A stretch of 64,000 bases of DNA from positions 6,931 to 70,930 of the forward strand of contig JANLFQ010000003.1 in assembly GCA_024653355.1 (NCBI GenBank), given 5' to 3'. Shown here piece by piece: positions 25,182 through 33,377 of the stretch. The notes under the pieces are model-generated. The model saw nothing but the letters and a program-made list of their open reading frames with translations, was not told where the DNA came from and searched no databases. The position numbers were made by a program, and so were the translations under genes. The stretch's first letter is position 1. Every line of letters starts with the position of its first letter. This DNA comes from a candidate division WOR-3 bacterium (GTDB lineage: Bacteria; Hydrothermota; Tepidihabitantia; Tepidihabitantales; Tepidihabitantaceae).

Positions 25182-26290
25182 ATAGCGCCCGGCTTGAGAG
25201 TTTACGCTTGGAACGGTTTGAGGAATTGACGGGTTTGAAGGCGCAGGGTAAGAAGGTGGTGGGTTACTTCTGCCTTTATGCGCCGGTGGAAATTGTTCAG
25301 GCAGCAGGAGCGATTCCGGTGCGGCTCGCACGCGCCGATTATGGAAGCGCACTTGCGGGTGAACGGTTTCTGCGCGCCGATGCCTGTCCGTTCTGTAAGG
25401 CGAGTCTGGGTAAATTTGTCCAGGACCCGTTGTATCAACTGGTTGACGGGGTGGTAATTGTCAACACCTGTGATATGATGCGCCGGTTACCCGAGGCGCT
25501 AACAACTAACTTTTCGGTGCCGGTTTTTTTGCTTTATCTGCCGCGCACGAGTGAGTTGTTTCCCAATCGGTTGCAGGGGTTCCAAGCCGGATTGAGTGAC
25601 CTTAAGGCGTGGTTGGGCGGTTTGACCGGTCAGGAGTGGCAAGAGGAACGGTTGCTGGAAGCGATTGACGAGGCAAACCAGTTGCGGCGCAAACTTCAGG
25701 AATTGGACCAAACCCGGGCAGAAATGCCGCCCAAAATTTCGGGGGGCGAACTGTTTGATATCGTGGCACTGGCAACGCTTTTACCACCAAAAAGGATGTT
25801 AAATCTACTCAATGATTTGTTAGCAGTGCTCCGGAAGCCGGCGGAAGCGATGAACAAAAACCGCGCGCGGCTACTTCTGACCGGCAGCATCTTATCCGAA
25901 GAGGACCGCACCCTGATTGAAATTGTTGAAGAAAAAGCGGATATTGTTGCGGATACGGTTTGCACCGGCAGCAGATGGTTTAACGAGGAGATTACGGTTG
26001 CGGAGGAGCCGTTTGCCGGTCTTGCCCGATTTTACTTTAGCCGAACACCGTGCGCCTGCCGCCGGCCCAATACCGCTCTTTTTGAGTACATCAAGCAGCA
26101 GGTGGCGGCGCGAAAGGTTCAGGGAATTGTCAGTAAGAGTTTGCTTTACTGCGATGCCTACCGGTTTGAGGTTAAACAACTGCGGCAGGAGGTGGGGCTT
26201 CCGGTGTTAGAGGTTGATGGCGACTATTCGCAGGTGAACCGCCAGCAGTTGCGTACCCGAGTTGAGGCGTTTCTCGAGATGTTGCGATGA
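25169..26290 (+). CDS. 2-hydroxyacyl-CoA dehydratase / benzoyl-CoA reductase family subunit (HgdB/BcrC-like)
   Basis: GKKVVGYFCLYAPVEIVQAAGAIPVRL, ADACPFCKASLG and VNTCDMM are typical HGD-D family features. It overlaps the upstream gene by 13 nt. Confidence 0.75.
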   Translation: MAILDSARLESLRLERFEELTGLKAQGKKVVGYFCLYAPVEIVQAAGAIPVRLARADYGSALAGERFLRADACPFCKASLGKFVQDPLYQLVDGVVIVNTCDMMRRLPEALTTNFSVPVFLLYLPRTSELFPNRLQGFQAGLSDLKAWLGGLTGQEWQEERLLEAIDEANQLRRKLQELDQTRAEMPPKISGGELFDIVALATLLPPKRMLNLLNDLLAVLRKPAEAMNKNRARLLLTGSILSEEDRTLIEIVEEKADIVADTVCTGSRWFNEEITVAEEPFAGLARFYFSRTPCACRRPNTALFEYIKQQVAARKVQGIVSKSLLYCDAYRFEVKQLRQEVGLPVLEVDGDYSQVNRQQLRTRVEAFLEMLR

Positions 26291-27699
26291 GTTGGTTTGA
26301 TTATCAGGACCCAACACCAGCCCGGATTACATTTGACGAGTGGGACGATTTGTTTCAACAAATACCGGACGAGTTGATTGACCAATTTCACTACTTTCCG
26401 CCCAATCAGGAGGCGTGGTCAAAATATCTGTTTCCGCCCCAGGTGTTCGCCATCTACGGGGCAAGGCATCTGCGCCGATTGAAGTTTGACAATTCGCTGG
26501 CGGCGCTGCGGCTCTGGGGTTTTGTCCAGAATGAAATTGAACGGTTGTTTCGCGCCCGGCAGGTGGGGAAGAAGGTGGTGGCGGTGATGGGTGACCTGGG
26601 TCCGCTGGCGGTGATTGTGAATTCGGTGGCGGCAAGGGCTGGTTCGAGCAAGGATGGTGGGGGATGCGTCGCCTTTTATCCTGACTGCTGGTGGTGGACA
26701 CCTTTTGCGATGGAGAGCAAGGTGTTACTGGACAAAGCGGCAGAACTTGGTATCGGTGATGCCACCTGTTTTTCCCGGGCGGCACTGGGCGCTTTTGCCA
26801 AGCACAGTTATTTTCCCGACCCGGATTTGGTGATTGCCGCAACCGGTGCATCGTGCGACGACTATTCCGGGGTGGAAAGTCTCGTAGCAAAGATGGTGCC
26901 CGAGGTCGTCTGGGTGGAAACACCGCTGCGGCGCGTTGAACCTGAGGCAAGGGAACGGGTTGAGCGGATGGTAGTTGAGGAGTATCAACGGGTGCTCAAA
27001 AAACTGGAGGAGTTGACCGGAGTCAAGGTGACCGAAGCGATGTTGCAACAGGGAATACGCCGGGCAAATCACCTGCGGCGCCTGACTCAGCGATTGAAGG
27101 AACTCGCTTACGGTTATGGCGTGTTTCCAGCACTGGAAACGATGGTCGTGGAGTTTGGTTGTCTGCACGGCTATTCCGACATTGTGGAGTGGACCGCAAT
27201 TGTGGAACATCTGGTCCAGACCGGGGAGGCACGGCTTGCGGCGGGGAAAACGGTGCTGGCATTGGACAGTTTGCGGATTGGCTGGGTAACACCGCCCGCG
27301 GACCCGTTACTTTTGTGTTATGTTGAAGACCGGGGGGCACGAATTGTAGCGAGCGAATATGTGATTAATCAGGCGTTGAGTTTGATTGACGAGTCGGTGC
27401 CGCCGCTTTTGGGGATTGCCCGTTCCCTGCTCACCGGTTCGCTGATTGGCACGTCAAGAGAACGGGCGGAGATGTTTGTCACTGCCGCGCAAGGGCGTCG
27501 AGCCGAAGGGGTGATTGTTTCGGGAATTTTAGGCGGTTCGCACTGCGCAATGGAGTCTCGGTTGATTGGTGATTACATTAAACAGAAACTGGACATCCCG
27601 ATTCTGGAGTTTGATGTCGCACCACCCAACAAGGCGATTGACCGCCAGACGCAGACAAGGATTGATGCGTTTCTGGAACTGGTGCGGAGCCGGCGATGA
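26287..27699 (+). CDS. 2-hydroxyacyl-CoA dehydratase / benzoyl-CoA reductase family subunit (HgdA/BcrB-like)
   Basis: ATGA overlap with the preceding gene. GKKVVAVMGDLGP, DATCFSRAALG, ASCDDYSG and a C-terminal GILGGSHCAME...ILEFDV are typical of the larger HGD-D subunit. Confidence 0.7.
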   Translation: MSWFDYQDPTPARITFDEWDDLFQQIPDELIDQFHYFPPNQEAWSKYLFPPQVFAIYGARHLRRLKFDNSLAALRLWGFVQNEIERLFRARQVGKKVVAVMGDLGPLAVIVNSVAARAGSSKDGGGCVAFYPDCWWWTPFAMESKVLLDKAAELGIGDATCFSRAALGAFAKHSYFPDPDLVIAATGASCDDYSGVESLVAKMVPEVVWVETPLRRVEPEARERVERMVVEEYQRVLKKLEELTGVKVTEAMLQQGIRRANHLRRLTQRLKELAYGYGVFPALETMVVEFGCLHGYSDIVEWTAIVEHLVQTGEARLAAGKTVLALDSLRIGWVTPPADPLLLCYVEDRGARIVASEYVINQALSLIDESVPPLLGIARSLLTGSLIGTSRERAEMFVTAAQGRRAEGVIVSGILGGSHCAMESRLIGDYIKQKLDIPILEFDVAPPNKAIDRQTQTRIDAFLELVRSRR

Positions 27700-28757
27700 A
27701 GGAGTTGCTCAATCCCCGGGAGCGGTTTTCGCTTCTGGTTATTGACGAACCACAGGACCGGGTGCCAATTTTTCCGTTGTTGACCGCCCATGCCGCAAAA
27801 TTTTCCGGGGTGAGTTTACGCGACTACTACACCGATGGGGTGGTGATGGCAAAGTGCCAGTTAAGAGCAAGGGAGTTTTACAACACCGACTTTATCTCGA
27901 TTTTTTCTGAGGTTGGTTTGATTGCCGAGGCACTAGGTTCAGAGTTTTTGTATCCGGAGGATGACCTGCCGGTGCTGGCACGACCGCGCTGGCAGAAAAT
28001 CGAGGAGGCGGCGCGCGGTCTAAAAGAAAATCTGACCCTTAAGGGTCGGGTGGCGGTTTATCTTGATGCGATAAATTATGCCTGGGAGGCGATTGCTGAT
28101 GTTGTGCCAGTCCTTGCTTATGTACCGGCACCTTTTACCACCGCGCAGCAACTGGTTGAACCTGAGGAGTTTCTCCTTGCCCTGCTGGAAAAGCCGGAAC
28201 TGGTAAAATCGGTCCTTGACGAAGTGACACAGGTGGTAAAAAATTTTTCCCGGCTCGTGATTCGAGCCGGGGCGTTGCCCATTTTAGTTGACCCGCTGGC
28301 TTCGGGTAGCGTACTCAGCCCCAGGGAGTATCGGGAGTTTGCCCTGCCCGCGGAAAAGGCGGTAATAGATTTCTGGCACCGCTATGACCTCGATGTGGTT
28401 TTACACATCTGTGGCGATACGAGCGAAATCGCACCGTTGATGCCTGAGACCGGTGCCGACCTGATAAGCGTTGATAAAGTGGACCTTAGTCAGGTTGTTG
28501 CGGCAGTGGGAGAAAAGGTGCGGGTCATCGGCAATTTTGATACGACCGAGTTGTGGCTGGGCACCGCAAAGGAGATTGGCGATAAGGTCAGCGGGATGGT
28601 GGCGCAGGCAAAGAGTTGTCCCCGGGGCTATGTGGCGGCGACCGGATGTGAGGTGCCGATTGCCACACCGGAGGAAAATTTGCAGGCTTTTGTCAGCGCG
28701 GCTAAGGAGGCAGGAAGGTATCAATTTCCGCCTGCCCGGATAAGTGAAAGGAGATAG
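27696..28757 (+). CDS. second MtaA/CmuA (URO-D) family methyltransferase, Zn type
   Basis: ATGA overlap with the upstream gene. HICGDTSEI and ATGCEVP zinc-ligand motifs. Clearly divergent from the 22786 paralog. Confidence 0.8.
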   Translation: MKELLNPRERFSLLVIDEPQDRVPIFPLLTAHAAKFSGVSLRDYYTDGVVMAKCQLRAREFYNTDFISIFSEVGLIAEALGSEFLYPEDDLPVLARPRWQKIEEAARGLKENLTLKGRVAVYLDAINYAWEAIADVVPVLAYVPAPFTTAQQLVEPEEFLLALLEKPELVKSVLDEVTQVVKNFSRLVIRAGALPILVDPLASGSVLSPREYREFALPAEKAVIDFWHRYDLDVVLHICGDTSEIAPLMPETGADLISVDKVDLSQVVAAVGEKVRVIGNFDTTELWLGTAKEIGDKVSGMVAQAKSCPRGYVAATGCEVPIATPEENLQAFVSAAKEAGRYQFPPARISERR

Positions 28758-28763
28758 CACAAG

Positions 28764-29543
28764 ATGTTGAGCGTTGGCATTGATGTCGGTTCGGTTAACA
28801 CCAAGGTGTTGATTTACGATTCAGCACGGGATGAGGTGGTTGCCCGATGTGTGGCACCAACCGGAATGAAGCCCAGGGAGCAGGCACAGCGGGTGTTTGA
28901 GTTTTGTGTGGCGAATGCCGGTCTGGAGCGCTCGGCACTGGGACACATCGTTGCTACCGGTTATGCCCGGCAGGCGGTTGATTTTGCCCGGCAGACGGTG
29001 ACCGAGATTACCGCGACGGGCCGGGGGATAAGAAAGTGGCATCCTTCCAGTCGAACGGTCATTGACATCGGCGGCCAGGATTCAAAGGTGATAGCGCTTG
29101 ATGAACAGGGACGGGTGCAGGACTTTGTAATGAACGACCGTTGTGCCGCCGGCACGGGTAGTTTTCTTGAGTTTATTGCCCGGGCGCTGAATGTGCCGAT
29201 TGAGCAGTTCGGGGAGTTGAGTGCGCGTTCCCAGAAACCGGTGCTGCTCTCCAGCCTCTGTGTGGTGATGGCGGAGTCGGAAATCCTTTCGCTTGTTGCT
29301 GCGGATGTGCCCCGCGAGGATATCATCGCCGGTTTACATCTGGCGCTGGCAACGAGGGTTGTCAATATGGCGGCACGGGTTAATGTTTTGCCCGAGGTGA
29401 TTTTTACCGGCGGTACCGCGCTCAATTCAGGGCTGCGCCAGGCGCTGGAACGAGTTCTGGGGTTAAAGGTCCAAAGCTCTCAGGAGCCGCTTTTTGCGGC
29501 GGCAATGGGCGCGGCACTGTTAGGTGCCGACACTACTTTTTAA
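28764..29543 (+). CDS. HgdC/BcrAD_BadFG-type ATPase ('archerase' activator of radical dehydratases/reductases)
   Basis: SVGIDVGSVNTKVLIY, IDIGGQDSKVI, NDRCAAGTGSFLE and SSLCVVMAESE (the two cluster-bridging Cys contexts of HgdC). About 260 aa, like homodimeric activators. Confidence 0.85.
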   Translation: MLSVGIDVGSVNTKVLIYDSARDEVVARCVAPTGMKPREQAQRVFEFCVANAGLERSALGHIVATGYARQAVDFARQTVTEITATGRGIRKWHPSSRTVIDIGGQDSKVIALDEQGRVQDFVMNDRCAAGTGSFLEFIARALNVPIEQFGELSARSQKPVLLSSLCVVMAESEILSLVAADVPREDIIAGLHLALATRVVNMAARVNVLPEVIFTGGTALNSGLRQALERVLGLKVQSSQEPLFAAAMGAALLGADTTF

Positions 29544-30879
29544 GGACAAGCAGGCGTTGAACAGCGCCATCGTTTGGGATGAAGAAAATCCCGGTAGAGC
29601 GAGCGGGAGAAGCGATTCTACCGGTGATGTCATAAACCGGGAAGGAGTTTGGCGGGAGCGAATTTAAATGGAGCGTGGTCAAGGGCGGGTGATGATTGGG
29701 ATACTGTTTTTCTAATTCAACCGTCTGCCAGAAGTTCTGGTAGGTGGCCAGTATCAACCGACAGATTGAGTCGGTCAGGGTTTGCGCCGCGGTGCGGGAG
29801 GGACCAATGGCACCCCACTCGGTTTCGCATCGGGCGACGAGGGCAAAAATTGTTGACTCGGTGGGTGCGCTGAACTGTAACCAGCGCGCCAGGCGCTGGG
29901 TGTTGATTGCCTTGGGGTATTCGGGAAGGGGGTAAAGGTAACTAACCAGCCGCTGGGCTTCATCGCAGATTGGTGCGGTTATTGTGCCGTCAAGGTAAGA
30001 AGGGACTGTTTCGGCCGCGACCCAGAGTGGGATAGGAAGGGTGGCAACCGGTTGACCAAGGAGCACCCACATCATACCGGTTCGAAGATGGGCACCGGGT
30101 GCAGGCCCAACCATTATCTCAACGGAGCGGGTCTGGGAACGGCAGATGGTGGTATCGGTGGGAAGGTAACCGAATGGTAAAGAACCGAACTTACCAAGAA
30201 AAGGCAAGGGGTAAGGCTCAAATCCGACCTGGCCCAAGTCGCGAGCAAGGGTGCAGATGATAAAAGGAAGATTGAGGCGGTTTTCATAAAAGGCGGCACG
30301 ACAGAGTTGTTCTGCCCGCTCGTAGCGGTTTTTCCCCAATAACCGATTCGGTCCCCCGGACATTGAGTAGTTTGCCCGGATGAGAAATCCTAAGGAGTCG
30401 TTCTTGGTATCGTAGCGGGTATAAGATGTGTAACCGGCTTCGAAGATGGCGGTGGTACCGGTAGAGTCAAAAACCCCAAAGTTTGCCGGTGTTTCCCGGC
30501 CAACGATGTTTAAGGAGTCAAGGAGATGGGCAAAGTCTTCCACCGTGGCACAGGAGCCAAGGGCAAGACGCATTATGTTGCCGTCGTCGGCAGCAGTGAT
30601 GTTGCCGGTGAGGTTGTAGGAGTTGGAGTTCATAATTGCAAATCCAACCTCATTGATGCCCGCCCAGACATCGAGCGTTTCCCCCGCATAAACATTGGCG
30701 ACAAACCGGAACCGGGGACCGCGGAAGAATTTCATCTCCTGGTCGGGATTGTTGACATCGCGATTTTTCCAGAGAACGGCACGACCTTCACTCAGCGCTG
30801 TGGGACCGAAGGCACCGATGGTACAGGCGAAGGTAAAACTAAGGTGTAGAAGGAGTAGCGGGACGGGTTTAAATCTCAT
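29533..30879 (-). CDS. secreted Ntn-hydrolase (C45/choloylglycine-hydrolase-like) with T9SS CTD
   Basis: I prefer the ATG at 30879 (MRFKPVPLLLLHLSFTFA|CTIGAFGP). Signal-peptide cleavage would expose an N-terminal Cys followed by ...AVLWKNRD. Tail is PVYDITGRIAS...GIFFIPNDGAVQRLLVLKK. Confidence 0.6.
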   Translation of the reverse strand: MRFKPVPLLLLHLSFTFACTIGAFGPTALSEGRAVLWKNRDVNNPDQEMKFFRGPRFRFVANVYAGETLDVWAGINEVGFAIMNSNSYNLTGNITAADDGNIMRLALGSCATVEDFAHLLDSLNIVGRETPANFGVFDSTGTTAIFEAGYTSYTRYDTKNDSLGFLIRANYSMSGGPNRLLGKNRYERAEQLCRAAFYENRLNLPFIICTLARDLGQVGFEPYPLPFLGKFGSLPFGYLPTDTTICRSQTRSVEIMVGPAPGAHLRTGMMWVLLGQPVATLPIPLWVAAETVPSYLDGTITAPICDEAQRLVSYLYPLPEYPKAINTQRLARWLQFSAPTESTIFALVARCETEWGAIGPSRTAAQTLTDSICRLILATYQNFWQTVELEKQYPNHHPPLTTLHLNSLPPNSFPVYDITGRIASPARSTGIFFIPNDGAVQRLLVLKK

Positions 30880-31921
30880 TGTTGAGGTGCCGCTTGATTT
30901 CTTTGCCGAGCGCCGCCACAAGCCGGGACTCAGGATAGGTGCCGATTACTTTACCCTTGACAAACAAAACACCTTTTCCTTTGCCGCCGGCGATGCCAAA
31001 ATCGGCTTCACGGGCTTCACCCGGTCCATTGACAACACACCCCATTACCGCGACCTTCAACGGCGCAGTGATGCCCTGGAGGCTTTTCTGAACCTGACGG
31101 GTCAGGCGGACGATGTCAATCCTGGTGCGGCCACAACCGGGACAGGAGTAGACGACCGGTTTAATCTGACGCCGATTGAGCGCAGCGAGGAGTTCGTAGG
31201 CGGCAACGACTTCAAGGACCGGGTCACCGGTAAGGGAAATGCGGATCGTGTCACCGATACCCTGGCGCAGGAGCGGTGCAAGCGCTGCGGCGGAGCGAAT
31301 GCTGCCTTCAAGGGGCGGACCGGCTTCAGTCAAACCGATATGCAGTGGATAGGGAAAACGGTGGGCGAGTTCTTCATTGACGGCAATCAGGTCTTCAGCG
31401 ACGGTGGTTTTTGCTGATAAAACCAGGGCTTTGAAGTTCAGTCTTTCAAACGGTTCCAGGGCCCGTGCCATCGCCTCAATCAGCGCTTTGACTTCGGGAT
31501 GACGGTAGCGCGCCCGGACCTCTTTGGGCAACGAGCCGGCATTGACCCCGATGCGGATTGCCACGCCCCGGTCCTGGGCAGCACGGATAATTTCTTCGAT
31601 GCGCCGGATAGAGCCAATATTGCCGGGGTTGATACGGATTTTGTCGAAGCCGGCTTTGATTGCCGCAAGTGCCAACCGGTAGTCAAAGTGGATGTCAGCA
31701 ATCAAGGGTAGGTCAACACGAGCCCGGATTTCGGGTAAGGCGGCAGCCGCTGCCGCATCAGGGACGGCGAGGCGCACCAGTTCGCAGCCGGCGGCAGTTA
31801 AACGGCGAATTGAACGCACGGTTGCAGTAACATCGTCGGTTCGAGTTTTGGTCATTGACTGGACACGCACCGGCGCGCCGCCGCCAATCTGGATGTTACG
31901 CACCAGGACCGGCAGCGACAA
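30869..31921 (-). CDS. ispG: 4-hydroxy-3-methylbut-2-en-1-yl diphosphate synthase
   Basis: VRNIQIGGGAPVRVQSMTKT, RLAVPD, ADIHFD, RINPGNIG and SCPGCGRT are IspG signatures. I place the start at TTG 31921, just after the murA stop. The listed 410-aa ORF would overlap murA by about 180 nt. Confidence 0.85.
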   Translation of the reverse strand: MSLPVLVRNIQIGGGAPVRVQSMTKTRTDDVTATVRSIRRLTAAGCELVRLAVPDAAAAAALPEIRARVDLPLIADIHFDYRLALAAIKAGFDKIRINPGNIGSIRRIEEIIRAAQDRGVAIRIGVNAGSLPKEVRARYRHPEVKALIEAMARALEPFERLNFKALVLSAKTTVAEDLIAVNEELAHRFPYPLHIGLTEAGPPLEGSIRSAAALAPLLRQGIGDTIRISLTGDPVLEVVAAYELLAALNRRQIKPVVYSCPGCGRTRIDIVRLTRQVQKSLQGITAPLKVAVMGCVVNGPGEAREADFGIAGGKGKGVLFVKGKVIGTYPESRLVAALGKEIKRHLNNEI

Positions 31922-31925
31922 GCGT

Positions 31926-33191
31926 TTAGGTGGACTTGATGCGCTTGATTTTTCCGCCAAGCCGGGCGATTTTCTTTTCGAGGTGTTCATAACCCCGGTC
32001 CAAATGATAGATGCGCAGGATTTCAGTTTTGCCTCGGGCGGCAAGACCGGCAAGGACCAGCGCTGCTGAGGCGCGCAGGTCTGAAGCCATAACCTGAGCA
32101 CCCTGCAGTTTTTCTACGCCATGAATTACCGCCATATTGCCGTTGATGTCAATTGATGCACCCATCCGGTTGAGTTCCAGAGCATGGAGAAACCGGGACT
32201 CAAAGATGTTTTCGGTAATGGTGCTTGTGCCCGCGGCGATTGCGAGCAGAGCGGTGAACTGTGCCTGGAGGTCGGTGGGAAAACCGGGATAGGGTGCGGT
32301 GGAGATTTTTGTTGCCCGGGGGCGCGATTTCATCTCCACCTGAATGCTGGTTTGGTCAATGTCGATGCGGGCACCAATTTCTTTTAACTTGGTTAACACC
32401 GCTGTGAGATGCTCAGGCTGGCAGTCGGTGATTTGCACCGTACCACGGGTGATAGCAGCGGCAACAGCAAATGTGCCGGCTTCAATCCGGTCGGCAATTG
32501 GGCGATGGGTGGTGCCCGATAGTTGTTTTACACCCTGAATTCGGATTTCCGGAGTGCCCGCACCGGAAATCCGGGCGCCCATTGCGTTGAGAAAATTTGC
32601 CAGGTCAACGACCTCCGGTTCGCAGGCTGCGCCCTCAATTACCGTTTCGCCCCGGGCGAGCGTTGCCGCCATCATCGTGTTGATGGTTGCACCAACACTG
32701 GGACCTTTGTAACCTTCCAGCATCATTGTGTTGCCGTTTAGTTTTTTTGCCTGGGCATGGATGTAACCCCGCTCAACAGCGACTTTGGCACCCAGCGCCG
32801 TGACGCCTTTGATGTGGAGGTCAACCGGCCGGGGTCCAATGGCACAACCACCAGGGAGTGATACGCGACAGGTGCCAAACCGGGCAAGGAGCGGTCCCAG
32901 GACATAGTAACTGGCGCGCATCTTGCGTACGATGTCGTAAGGTGCCTCGTGATTCAGTTTGCCCCGGGCGGTGAGATGTACGGTGCGGTTCTCTTGTTCG
33001 ATACGAACGCCAATCAGCCTTAGCAGTTTGAGCATAGTATTGACATCTTCCAGTGCCGGGACATCTTCAATTGTGCAGGTGTCTTCAGTTAACAGGCAGG
33101 CGGCGAGTAAAGGCAGGACGGCGTTTTTCGCCCGGGCGGTTGAAATTGTGCCTTGGAGTGGTTCCCCACCCTGAATCAGAAAGCGGTCCAT
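31926..33191 (-). CDS. murA: UDP-N-acetylglucosamine 1-carboxyvinyltransferase
   Basis: MDRFLIQGGEPLQGTISTARAKNAVLPLLAACLL..., LPGGCAIGPRPVDLH (active-site Cys loop), 421 aa. Confidence 0.95.
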   Translation of the reverse strand: MDRFLIQGGEPLQGTISTARAKNAVLPLLAACLLTEDTCTIEDVPALEDVNTMLKLLRLIGVRIEQENRTVHLTARGKLNHEAPYDIVRKMRASYYVLGPLLARFGTCRVSLPGGCAIGPRPVDLHIKGVTALGAKVAVERGYIHAQAKKLNGNTMMLEGYKGPSVGATINTMMAATLARGETVIEGAACEPEVVDLANFLNAMGARISGAGTPEIRIQGVKQLSGTTHRPIADRIEAGTFAVAAAITRGTVQITDCQPEHLTAVLTKLKEIGARIDIDQTSIQVEMKSRPRATKISTAPYPGFPTDLQAQFTALLAIAAGTSTITENIFESRFLHALELNRMGASIDINGNMAVIHGVEKLQGAQVMASDLRASAALVLAGLAARGKTEILRIYHLDRGYEHLEKKIARLGGKIKRIKST

Positions 33192-33292
33192 TGGAATATT
33201 TTCAATGATTATCGGTAAAAGTCAAGGAGATGGTAAAATGTTAAAGATAGGCGTGATGGATATTAGCCCAACCGATTGAACCGATAAATAGT

Positions 33293-33321
33293 TTGACATT
33301 TACCTTTTCGGCACTTATATT
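33293..33321 (+). promoter_or_regulatory. sigma70-type promoter of 33378 gene
   Basis: TTGACA (33293-33298), 17-nt spacer, TATATT (33316-33321). Confidence 0.55.
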
Positions 33322-33377
33322 ATTGAAGGTAAGTTAAGATGTTTAATCGCCCTGAAATGGGGCGGTAAGGAGGTAAA

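Noticed and set aside
16948-29543. Selenocysteine (in-frame TGA) genes near selD.
   Set aside because: All ORFs in the run are continuous with normal lengths for their families. I saw no pair of adjacent same-frame ORFs split by a single TGA. A whole-genome SECIS/TGA scan is still needed.
31922-32101. Long (410-aa) version of ispG.
   Set aside because: It would overlap the murA coding end by about 180 nt, and the extra residues have no IspG similarity. TTG 31921 gives a normal ~350-aa IspG starting just before the conserved V.V....IGG.
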